The translations under genes were made by a program, and so were the position numbers. From the human T2T-CHM13v2.0 reference genome, Homo sapiens, in NCBI RefSeq assembly GCF_009914755.1, contig NC_060943.1: a DNA stretch of 64,000 nt; one strand, written 5' to 3'. Shown here piece by piece: positions 1 to 17,255 of the stretch (its first letter is position 1; each line of letters starts with the position of its first letter). The notes below the pieces were generated by a model. That model was given only the letters and a program-made list of their open reading frames with translations. It did no database searches and was not told where the DNA came from.

Positions 1-59
1 ACTCACTAGACTTATTGGTATGAGAAGCTCACTCTAGACTTACTGGTATGAAATTTATG

Positions 60-630
60 TCAGGATGTAGGACATTAATCCAACAAAATTTCAGAAGCCT
101 TCTATCTTTGTGAGATTTATAGGGTCCCAATGGTTTGGGACATGCCAACGTATCCCCTGGAAGCAGAGGAGTAAGTTGTTATATTTGGCTTCTACTACAA
201 CAAAAAAGAGGCACAACTCTAGTGGGCCTTTTGATTTTGAAGGTAACATATTTCTCATTTGGTAAGTTACTCTGGCCCATTTACCCTGTGACCCAAAAAG
301 CTGCTAGCTTTTCTTTACTCAGCAGAAAAGAATATTCTACATCAGATCCAGGCTGTCGTGTCACTTGGGTCATGTCTTCCAATAGAGTCAAAGGTGCTGA
401 AATTGTTGATGGCAGATACAGATGATCTTTGGAGCTTCTGGAAAGCTCCTGTGTTAATCACAGGAAAGATTTTGGAGGAAAATCATGCCATCCTATGTAG
501 ATAATTGCTCTTTTTCTTTTCTTTTCCCTTCTCCCCTCCCCTCCCCTTCCTTCCTTTCTTTTCTTTTTTTCTTTCTTTCTTTTTTTTTTTGAAACAGCTT
601 TTGGCCTGTTCCTGGGGCACAGAAAATACA
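60..630 (+). mobile_element. Old ERV-L pol relic (RT-connection region)
   Basis: Degenerate match to HERV-L pol motifs (ttactctggcccatttacc..gtgacccaaaaagctgctagc; ggattttggag; acagcttttggcctgtt), interrupted by a pyrimidine microsatellite at 507-590. Confidence 0.6.
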
Positions 631-651
631 CTGGAAAAATTTATATTGTTA

Positions 652-3710
<3,059 letters not shown>

Positions 3711-4434
3711 TCAGCCAGGTGCAGTGGCTCACGCCTATAATCCCAACACTCTGGGAAGCTGAGGCGGGTGGATCACTGGAGCTCAGGAGGTCAAGACCAG
3801 CCTGGGCATCATTTTTTGTAGAGGTGAAATACCACCTCTACAAAAAATTCGCTGGGTATGGTGGTGCACACCTATAGTCCCAGCAACTTGGGAGTCTGGG
3901 ATGGGAGGATGGCTTGAGCCTGGGGAGGTTGAGGCTGCAGTGAGCTGTGATTATGCCACTGCACTCTAGCGTTGGTGACAGAGAGACACTGTCTCAAAAA
4001 AACCCCAAAAAACAAAAAGCAAACCCAACAACAGACTCCTGTCTTCAGCCAAAAAGACCAGGAAAGACACCTTATCAAACAAAACTTTTATCCAATGTGC
4101 CTTCTATGCTGGGATAAAATGAGGGTAGATACAATAGGCTTTCTTTCCCTTTTGTGTTTTATAAATTGTATTTGAATATCAAGGAACAATTGAAACATTG
4201 TTAACTACGATAATTTCTGAATATAATGTAATACGTTGATCTAACACTAAAAAAGCTATACTCAAAAACACTACAAATAAATGAAATTTTAAAACATGTT
4301 CAAATTATCTACATGAAGAAAGTAAAAATCACACAGAGGAACAAAACAGAGAGAACAAACAGAAAACAACGTATCAGGCTAGTTTTAACAAAATTAACTT
4401 AACTGTTAAATGTTCTGAATTAACCAAGTAGATC

Positions 4435-5078
<644 letters not shown>

Positions 5079-5163
5079 GACAACACTGATTAATAAATAT
5101 GACCATGCATATTCTCTTTAGAAGAAACTCACTTCCAATATAAAAAGGTAAATTTAGAATAAG

Positions 5164-6520
5164 CCCTCTCCCTCTCCCCCTCCCCCTCCCTCTCCCCTTT
5201 GCACGGTCCTCGTCTCCCCTTTGCACAGTCTCCCTCTGATGCGGAGCCGAGGCTGGACGGTACTGCCGCCATCTCGGCTCACTGCAGCCTCCCTGCCTGA
5301 TTCTCCTGCCTCAGCCTGCCGAGTGCCTGCGATTGCAGGCGCGCGCCGCCACACCTGATGGTTTTCGTATTTTTTGGTGGAGACGGGGTTTCGCCGTGTT
5401 GGCCGGGCTGGTCTCCAGCTCCTGACTGCGAGTGGTCTGCCACCCTCGGCCTCCCGAGGTGCCGGGATTGCAGACGGGGTCTCGCTCACTCAGTGCTCAA
5501 TGTTGCCCAGGCTGGAGTGCAGTGGCGTGATCTCGGATCGCTACAACCTCCACCTCCCAACTGCCTGCCTTGGCCTCCCAAAGTGCCGAGATTGCAGCCT
5601 CTGCCCGGCCGCCACCCCGTCTAGGAAGTGAGGAGCGTCTCTGCCTGGCCGCCCATCGTCTGGGATGTGAGGAGCCCCTCTGCCCGGCCGCCCAGTCTGG
5701 GAAGTGAGGAGTGCCTCTTCCCGGCCATCATCCCGTCTAGGAAGTGAGGAGCGTCTCTGTCTGGCCGCCCATCATCTGGGATGTGGGGAGCACCTCTGCC
5801 CTGCCGCCCCATCTGAGATGTGAAGAGTGCCTCTGCCCGGCCGCGACCCCGTCTGGGAACTGAGGAGTGTCTCTGCCCCGCCGCCACCCCATCTGGGAGG
5901 TGAGGAGCGTCCCTGCCCGGCCGCCCCGTCTGAGAAGTGAGGAGCCCCTCCGCCCGGCAGCCGCCCCATCTGGGAAGTGGGGGGCAGCTCCCGTCCGGCC
6001 AGCCGCCCCGTCCGGGAGGTGTACCCAACAGCTCATTGAGAACGGGCCATGATGACAATGGCGGTTTTGTCGAATAGAAAAGGGGGAAATGTGGGGAAAA
6101 GAAAGAGAGATCAGATTGTTATTGTGTTTGTGTAGAAAGAAGTAGACATAGGAGACTCCATTTTGTTCTGTACTAGGAAAAATTCTTCTGCCTTGGGATG
6201 CTGTTAATCTATAACCTTACCCCCAACCCCGTGCTCTCTGAAACAGGTGCTGTGTCCACTAAGGGTTAAATGGATTAAGGGCGGTGCAAGTTGTGCTTTG
6301 TTAAACAGATGCTTGAAGGCAGCATGCTCTAAGAATCATCACCACTCCCTAATCTCAACTACCCAGGGACACAAACACTGTGGAAGGCGGCAGGGCCCTC
6401 TGCCTAGGAAAACCAGAGACCTTTGTTCACTTGTTTATCTGCTGACCTTCCCTCCACTATTGTCCTATGACCCTGCCAAATCCCCCTCTCCGAGAAACAC
6501 TCAAGAATGATCAATAAATA

Positions 6521-6552
<32 letters not shown>

Positions 6553-6570
6553 CAGAATAAAATCAGAAAA
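5164..6570 (+). mobile_element. Full-length SVA retrotransposon (older subfamily, probably SVA_B/C)
   Basis: CCCTCT hexamers, Alu-like region, short GC-rich VNTR (~5600-6020), SINE-R, AATAAA and poly(A). The 15-bp TSD AAAAAGGTAAATTTA is at 5142-5156 and 6571-6585. Confidence 0.95.
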
Positions 6571-6585
6571 AAAAAGGTAAATTTA

Positions 6586-7021
<436 letters not shown>

Positions 7022-8569
7022 TTACATAATGATAAAAAGCTTAATCCACCCAGAAGACCCAGCAGTCCTAAATGTGTAGGCATAAATCAACAGACATGAA
7101 AAATGTGAAACAAAAACTGGAACAAACAGAGGAGAAACAGACAATAAGACAAATACACAATTATCGTTGGAGATATTGACATTTTTCTCTAAACAATAGA
7201 ACAGAGAAAATTTCAGCAGCAAATCTAAAAAAAAGACAACAGTTCAACACCATCATTCATCAACAGGATCTGGTTGACATTTGTAGAGTAATTTAATCAA
7301 CAGCAGCAGCATATGCATTCTCTTCAAGGGCTCATGGAACATAAAGTAAGATAGACCATCTCCTAGGCCATGAAACAAACTTCAACAAATTTTAAAAATC
7401 AGATTACACGGAGTGTGTTCTCGGATCATAATGGAGTCAGACTAGAAATCAATAATGTGAAGACAATGCAAACATCTCCAACTCTTGCAAGCTTGAAGGG
7501 GAAGTCCCTGGGAAAACAAAAAATACATTGACCACAAAGATGATGAAAAGACAATGGATCAAAATTTGTAAGACACAACTAAAGCAGTGTACTGAAGAAA
7601 CTGATGGCACTAAACTCATATATTAGAAAAGGCTGGTCGGGCGCGGTGGTTCAAGCCTGTAATCCCAGCACTTTGGGAGGCCGAGGCCAGGAGATCCAGA
7701 CTATCCTGGCTAACACGGTGAAACCCGGTCTCTACTAAAAATACAAAAAAAAAAAAAAAAAAAAAAAAAAAATTAGCCGGGCGTGGCAGCAGGTGCCTGT
7801 AGTCCCAGGCTGAGGCAGGAGAATGGCATGAACCCAGGAGGCGGAGCTTGCAGTAAGCCGAGATGGCGCCACTGCACCCCAGCCTGGGCGACAGAGCAAG
7901 ACTGTCTCAAAAAAAAAGAAGAAAAAAAAGAAAAAAACTAAGTCTCCAGATAATCTAATTTTCCACATCGATAACCTGGGAAAAGGTCAAACTTAATAAA
8001 CTAAACCCAAACAAAAGAAGTATTAAGAAAGAAATAATAAAGATAGGAAGAGAAATAAAGTTGAGACTCAGAAAGTAATAGAGAAAAACCAATAAAACAG
8101 ACAGCTGATTTTTTTTGAAAAGATCAATTAAATAGACAAACCTCAAGCAAGACTAAGTGGGGGAAAGGACAAGACACAAATTACCCTGTCAGGAATGAAA
8201 CAAGGGATATCGGCCAGGCGCGGTGGCTCACGCCTGTAATCCTAGTACTTTGGGAGGCTGAGTCAGGTGGATCACAAGGTCAGGAGTTCGAGACCAGCCT
8301 GGCCAATATGGTGAAACCCTGTCTCTACTAAAAATACAAAAAATAAAAATTAGCTGGGCGTGGTGGTGGGTGCCTGTAGTCCCAGCTACTCGGGAGGCTG
8401 ACGCAGGAGAATTGCTTGAACCCAGGAGGTGGAGATTACAGTGAGCCAAGGTCGGGCCACTGCACTCCAGTCTGGCTACAAAGCGAGACTCCATCTCAAA
8501 AAAAAAAAAAAAAAAAAAGAAACAAAGGATATCATTACATACCCTGCAGACATAAAAAGAATAATAAAG

Positions 8570-9560
<991 letters not shown>

Positions 9561-11739
9561 TAACTCTATACACATAAAATTTAACAGCTTAGATGAAATG
9601 ATTTAATCACTCAAAACATAAATTATTATAATTACCCAATTAAAAAACTGATATTTTTGAATTGCCCTACACTAGGAAGAAACTGAAATCATAATTTTAT
9701 TTTTTATTTATTTATTTATTTATTTTTTTTGAGATGAAGTCTCGCTCTTGTACCCCAGGCTGGAGTGCAATGGTGTGATCTCGGCTCACTGCAACCTTTG
9801 GAATAATGTTCATGAGCCCAAAGACAAGACAACCTTTGGAATAATGTCCATGAGCCCAAAGACAAAATTCCCAGCTTAATAAATGGCCCAACAGCATCAG
9901 AATTAGAAGATTTAGAAGTAACTAGAATTCTTCCTAGCTCCACTGGAAAGGATGAACATGGGGGCTCCCGCAAGATAAGTACAGGGCCAGTGGACAGTGA
10001 CTGGTCTAGTGAGAATAGAATCCCAAAGATCCTGGGAAATAAAATTACACAACAAGCTTCCAGGAAACAAGTGGAACAAACGAGGCAACCTCGCAGATAC
10101 TACCAGGAATGGATAAGCAGAAGAGGGTCAGAGCCACAAAATCTAAACAAAAGACACCAAACCACAAGAAGCACCCAGCCCTGTGAACACCAGCTGTGGC
10201 TACATCTGTACCAATCTTTTCAGACAGCTGCCGTGGGACTGCTGAGAGCAGCCACACACCAAACAGCAGTGCATCTGAACACAAGTCCCAAGACACTCCT
10301 CTCTATTAATCCTCATTTTGAGAAGATGGATATGGTTATGTTACAACATCCCCATACAACACTTGTGGGCGAGGGTAATCAGACACCCTCACCTAAAGAG
10401 GGCACAGGAAGGAGGAGGATGAAAACAGAGGGCTAGGGAAGGGATGTGTGCTCTGGATCACATAGACTTTCCCCACAGGCACTATTTAAAACAAAAGAAG
10501 AGCCCTAGAAATGTGCTGTGGTCTCCCTATACTTCCTCATCTTGCCACATGCATAGGTGCCACGTGGTTTTGTTTTGTTTTGTTTTTTGAGATGGAGTTT
10601 CGCCCTTTCGCCCAGGCTGGAATGAAGTGGCTTGACCTAGACTCACTGCAACCTCCGCCCCCCGGGTTCAAGCGATTCTCCTGTCTCAGCCTCCCGAGTA
10701 GTTGGGATTATAGCGCCTACCACCACGACCGGCAAATTTTTGTATTTTTAGTAGAGATGGGGTTTCGCCATGTTGACTAGGCTGGTCTTGAACTCCTGAC
10801 CTCAGGTAATCTACCTGCCTCGGCCTCCCAAAGTGCTGGGATTACAGGCTTGAGCCACTGCGCCTGGCAGATGCCACAATTTTTTTTTCTTTCTTTACAC
10901 AGGTGCTGATGAACTCAGGTGTAATTAACCCTAAGGGGTAAATTATTCACTAAGTGCAGTAATAGGGTCCAATTTTTATGACCAGGTTTTCAGTTCTTTG
11001 ATATTGTCCTACATTCAGAAATCACAAATGAAAAATACTGGAATGTGTGACGTGAACAATGTCTTGGAGGTTAACATCCAGGTTTTTACATATTAGATGT
11101 AACAACATGAAAGCTGGTACCATCTGGGAACCAAAGGAACTGTCCCTGAGAACACAGAATTTTAGGGACATCAATTATTAAGAGTTTACATGGAAGCAGA
11201 AGTGCTCCTAGATGTTTCCATTATCTAGATAGAAAAATTCAACAGATGAGCCCCAGTGAGTCAAGGAACATCTCTGACAGCTGTGGGTGATGGGCTTTCT
11301 ATCCAAAGCAGAGATGTGAAACCTGACGGGTTTCAATTGACCCCGAAGTGCTCCATATCTCAAAAGTCAATCCCACAAAGCTGGAACGCTATCTGTTCCT
11401 GAGGGATCAGGTCCCACCTGTGTCTCTAAGACACTGCCTTGAGATGAGGCCGATGATTTCAAACGTAAATTGCCTAAATTATCATCAGCTTCATGTTGTG
11501 TTTTGGAGCTTGTCCACTTAAGTGGGTTGATAAAAAATGGCTCACAAGACACATGCCTGGGAAATGGGGTTTTCTTCTTTGCTCTTGGCAGATCCTGGGC
11601 AACCCTATAATTAACCTTCTTGATTTCTCAATTTTCACATTCGCGAAAAAGGTGCCAGTGCGCGTGACATTTCCCTGAAGCCACAGCCCTTGTCACCCCC
11701 TGCAAAGCTCTGAAGTTGTGCACAGGTAGGCCAGGTGGC

Positions 11740-12570
11740 AGATTTCTCTCAAAAGCGGCTGAGCTCGCGCTCTGGCTAGGGAAGGCAGAGGCCTGCGGCA
11801 CAAAGTACATTGTCTTAGACATCAGGACAGTGTCTATAGCAGTTTAGGAAAGAAGGCGGCTCCCTGGGCTGGAGACGACGCAATGCTCTGGGAAGACCCC
11901 TGGGTGCGGGTGAGAGAGGAATCCGAGCTGCACAAGGCCAATGAGGGGAGGACGACCCGCCCGATTTAGATAAAGGTAAGGCATACTTCCTAGCTTAATA
12001 CCCTCCTCAATGCCCAGCCCAGACCTGCCTTTCACGTCCCTAGCTGTATTCACTCTCCCTGGCGACCGGGCGGCGTAGAATCGGCGGCCAGCAGTGCTTT
12101 AGACACAGGTTAAGTGTCTGCCCCTCCCTCCAGGGTTACGCACCACCCCGATGCATACTGGGATTGTAGTTCTGAAGCTACCTACCCATGGGCTGAGAGC
12201 AGTAAAGAGACTACAACTCCCAGCATACCAGGCGCGGCGCGCACCGCCCTGCCCCTTCCTCTGGGGTTGCGAACCGCCCCCGAGCCTGGTACAGGCTGGG
12301 ATTGTAGTCCTGCAGCCTTGTGGCCGAAGGGCTGGGACTGGCCATGAGATTACATGTCCTAGCATGCTCAGCCAGGCGCGCGCAGCTCTGCCCCTTCCTC
12401 CAGTGATGCGCACAGTCCCTGATCCCTGTGCACGCTGGGATTGTAGTCCTGCAGCCCTGCGATCACTTGCAGGTAACAAGAAATTTCAGCTTCCGGCATG
12501 ATGGGCGAAGGCCCCCACCTTCAGCCTCGCTCCTCCATGCCTTCAGAGCTGTTCCGCCATGCAGACGGGG
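11740..12570. promoter_or_regulatory. CpG-island, probably bidirectional promoter with repeated ZNF143/THAP11 (ACTACAnnTCCCA) motifs
   Basis: TGGGATTGTAGT at 12159, 12297 and 12436; ACTACAACTCCCAGCAT at ~12210; a degenerate copy at ~12348; CCAAT at ~11938; high CpG content. Confidence 0.8.
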
Positions 12571-13653
12571 AGCCTGCCTGTTCTTTAACCTCTCCTACCT
12601 GATGGGAGAGGACAAGCTACCAGGACAGCTTGTCTCACCAAGAAATTGTGATACCGCATCCCCCAACGTGCTGGCTTCCTGACTTCCAAAGTTGCGGTAA
12701 GTTTGATTTCTCACAGAACTGCAAGAGTCCGGGATCGTTTCCCAGCCTGCCCAAAGTTGCCATGGTTCTCACCCTCTGGGAGGTTGGCACACCCAGTGAC
12801 ACCTTGTGTCCCTTGAAACTAATCTGTGTCACCTTTTAGGCTTTTGAGACCACTTGAACTCTGACTTTGTGGCATTTATTACCAAATCTACTAAAATGGG
12901 TCAACTGTCAGATTTTAACTCCTTTTCCACACATGTTGGTTAGGTAATCTGTTGATTAGACATGGTTTTCTCCAAAAGGGGATTATCTCTTCCTGATTGC
13001 CTCCAAGAGAAGGATGAAACGATTGGGCGCTCTAAGGATCTATTTCCCAAATTTGAGATTCCACACTGATCATTCCTGGGCAAAATGTGTCTTTCTGTTC
13101 CATAACCACAATCTTAGGCCAGCCTGAGTGCCATCCCAGCCCAATGGGGGTTATGGAACTCCAACTTAGTTCTGTTTAAGTTTTATGTAAATATCCTTGT
13201 CTCTGTTTCACCTGGCTCTGTTAGATAAAATGTCTAGGAGAAAGTAGGAGGTGACAAGAATACAGGTGAAATCATAGGTACTGGAATGGGGCACACTGAT
13301 TCTGTGGAAGCAGAGGGAGAACAACAACCTAAAACCCAGGGAATGAACAACTTAGACCTCAGGAGCTGTGGGGAATGGAGGGGCATTAATAACTTTTTGT
13401 CTTTCTGAATTACCCCTGGTGCAACCCAGAAAAGAGTCTGGGAATCTTGTTGGGCCAGGACAAAAGTAGTTTTAGTTAGACCAGAAGGTAAGGCACAAGC
13501 TGTGAATTCATCTCCTCCTTTGGCTCCCCACATTAACCTTAAGAATCCTTTGAGACTGTTCTGTCTCTCTGTGATGTAGGTGTGGAATTCTAGGGGGCAG
13601 CGTGCACTCTCAGTGCCCAGCTGTCTGAGACCACAGTTCCCTCAGATGATGAA

Positions 13654-14027
13654 TGATATGGTTTGGCTGTATCCCCACCCAAATCTCATCTTGAATTGTA
13701 GCTCCCATAATTCCCGTGTGATATGAGAGGGACCTGGAGGGAGGTAATCGAATCACGGGTGTGCATCTTTCCCAAGCTGTTCTCGTGGTAGTGAATATAT
13801 GTCACAAGATCTGATGATTTTATAGAGGGCAGTTCCCCTGCACATGCTCTCTTGCCTGCCACCGTGTAAGACATGACTTCGCTCATCCTTGCCTTCCTCC
13901 ATGATTGTGAACCCCACTGCCCTGACCTACAGCCATGTGGAATTGTGAGTCAATTAAACCTCTTTCCTTTATAAATTACCCACTCTTGGGTATGTCTTTA
14001 TTAGCAGCATGAGAACAGACTAATACA
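13654..14027 (+). mobile_element. THE1B-type MaLR solo LTR
   Basis: TGATATGGTTTGGCTG...GACTAATACA termini with a 5-bp TSD atgaa/atgga. Confidence 0.9.
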
Positions 14028-14702
14028 ATGGAGAACCATCGCTTTTTTCTGAAGAGACTCAGTCCCCCATGGGTAAGCTTAAGCTGGACGCTAGGCAGCA
14101 CTGATTATATTTTCTCCTTCTGTGAACTGGAGCTCCTCCTTCCATTTTCCTACCACCACTAATCTTTTTGGTCAATATTTGGATAAATTAGAGACATAGA
14201 TAAGGGAATGTTAGCCCCAGCATAGCTAGACTCTTGCTTATTTCTCTTCCCGGTTTATGAAATCAATTATGTTGGCACAGAGAGATACCCTTAGATGGGG
14301 TCACTCAGGAGCAATTAGAGCAGTGTACTTCTAGAGAAGCTGATAGGACAGGGCAGATGTGCCAGTGAGGATCACAGCTTCTGTCTAAATTTTTGAGTCT
14401 ATCTGTGTGTGGCAGATGAATTCAGGAAAGATCCCAGATCCCTGGAAAGGGACCATTAAGAGAGGATTCATGTAGATCAGAACACTAGGGCATGTGTTCA
14501 TCAGTGACCTTCTAAGTCAGATTGACAGGGTTAAGTCTGTGGTAGGGCTACAGAGCAATGCTTGCCCATGAAAGCCTCTGATCATGTGTAAAATATGTGG
14601 TTCTGGCACGGGGAGACATCTTTATCTGACAGAACATTGTACTTCTGTGGATGTGGGATTCTTTGCTCTTCCTTAACAGTGCACCACTGACTGATTGTTT
14701 GA

Positions 14703-14963
<261 letters not shown>

Positions 14964-15371
14964 TGATGTTGGCCAGGCTGGTCTTGAACTCCTGACCTTG
15001 TGATCCACCTGCCTCGGCCTCCCAAAGTGCTGAGATTACAGGCGTGAGCCACCACGCCTGGCCTTTATTCACTTTCAAATTGAATAAGAGCATGAGCAAC
15101 TTCAGGGAAAATGTCACGGGAGGAAACTCTGGGGCCCTGCCCATCCCCAGAAACCTCAGAAATCCTGATACAACCTGTAGAATTCACCTTATCAACACTG
15201 ATTCATTTTTTTGTATAGATTTATCTTTCATTGGGCCTTTATTTTGTTCTATGTCATGAAGAACATGAAGAATAAGTCATTTCTTTCCTTTGTGGTAGGA
15301 ACATCAATTTTTCACATGTCAAGTATTAATGATGCCATCCTCCACATAGTTTTTCTTGTTTATTAAATTTT

Positions 15372-15712
15372 TGGTTTGGTCTAAATATTTGTGTCCCCCT
15401 CCAAATTCATATGTGGATAGTATTAGGCATGCGACCTTTCGGGAAGTGACTAAGCCAAGAGAGCGCCATCTTCCTGAATGGAATAAGTGCCCTTTTTAAT
15501 AACATTGAAGGGAGTGTCCTTGTCTTTCGCCATGTGAGGACACACCAAGAAGGTATCATCTATGAGGATCAGGGCTGTCATCAAACACCAAATTTGTTGG
15601 TGTCTTGATCTAGCACTTTCCAGCCTCCAGAATTGTGAGCAATAAATTTCTGTTGTTTTTACATTACCCAGCCTAAGGTATTTTGTTACAGCAGCCTGAA
15701 TGGACTAAGACA
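15372..15712 (+). mobile_element. MLT1A-type MaLR LTR
   Basis: tgtcccctccaaattcatatgt ... ccagcctccagaattgtgagcaataaatttctgttg ... ggactaagaca. Confidence 0.75.
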
Positions 15713-15749
15713 CTTTCTTAGGCACTTTAGTCTATTTCTGAATTTTTAG

Positions 15750-15947
<198 letters not shown>

Positions 15948-17255
15948 TAGTAGAGATGGGGTTTCACCGTGTTAGCCAGGCTGGTCTCGATCTCCTGACC
16001 TCGTGATCCACCCACCTTGGCCTCCCAAAGTGCTGGGATTACAGGCCTGAGCCACCACGCCCAGCTGATCTATTAGCTTTTTTAATCAAGATTTTTCACA
16101 GGGCTGGACAATATTATCTGTTTTTTTTTTTTTTGTTTCCCCAGAGTTTTCTTGGCTCTTCTTGTCTTTTCATCTATATGCTGTTTTATTTTATGTATGT
16201 ATGTATGTATGTATGTATGTATTTATTTTTGAGACAGAGTCTTGCTCTGTCGCCCAGGCTGGAGTGCGGTGGCACCAGCTTGGCTCACTGCAACCTCCAC
16301 CTCACAGGTTCAAGCAATTCTCCTGCCTCAGCCTCCTGAATAGCTGGGATTACAGGCACCTGCCATCATGTCTGGCTAATTTTTGTATTTTCATAGAGAC
16401 AGGGTTTCACCACGTTGGCCAGCCTGGTCTCAAACTCCTGACCTGAAGTGATCTGCCCACTTCAGCCTCCCAAAGTGCTGGGATTACAGGTGTGAGCCAC
16501 CGCAGCCAGCCTATATGCTATTTTATAGTAAAATGCCTACCTCCAATATCTAATGGTATCTATATTAGAACAAAATTTAATTTATAAACTACCTTGAGGA
16601 CAATTTATATTGATAGTATATTGTTTTTCGGTCTAAGAACATGTAATTTTTCTATTTGCTTATGTCTACATTCATATATTTTATGAATGTCGTATGTCTT
16701 TTCTCATTCTGTAAACCTTTGTGTAATATGGATTCCTAGTTTATTTTATTCCTCTAAAAAGTAATCTGAGACACAATAAAATTGTAAAGAGTTTATTTGA
16801 GTAACAGCAATTGATTAATTATAGGACACCAGTCTAAAAGAGGTTTAGGTTTCACTGACAGTGTAAGAGGCAACTATTTATTGGAAAAATGTAGAAACAA
16901 ATTATTTGATTAGTGGTAGTTACAAACTTGTTTCTTCTTGGTTTTTTGTTTGTTTACCTTGTTGAAAAGTCCCTAGTTATATAAGGTTGTTGGCTACTTC
17001 TGATTGGTTGAGCTTCATTTCTGTTTTTCTTTAAAATAGGCAGCTATAAGAAATAATTCAAGTTAAGTTTAGCCAGGCATGGTGGCTTACGCCTGTAATC
17101 CCAACACCTTGGGAGGCGGAGGCAGGTAGATCACCTGAGGTCAGGAGTTCGAGACCAGCATGGCCAACATGGGGAAACCCTCATCTCTACTAAAAATACA
17201 AAAAAATTAGCTGAGCATGGTGGCAGGCGCCTGTAATCCCAGCTACTTAGGAGGC

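Noticed and set aside
5154-6510. Several 60-145 aa GC-rich ORFs
   Set aside because: They are SVA Alu-like, VNTR and SINE-R translations, not genes.
9990-10436. 148-aa ORF
   Set aside because: Non-ATG start, no domain similarity and no splice context.
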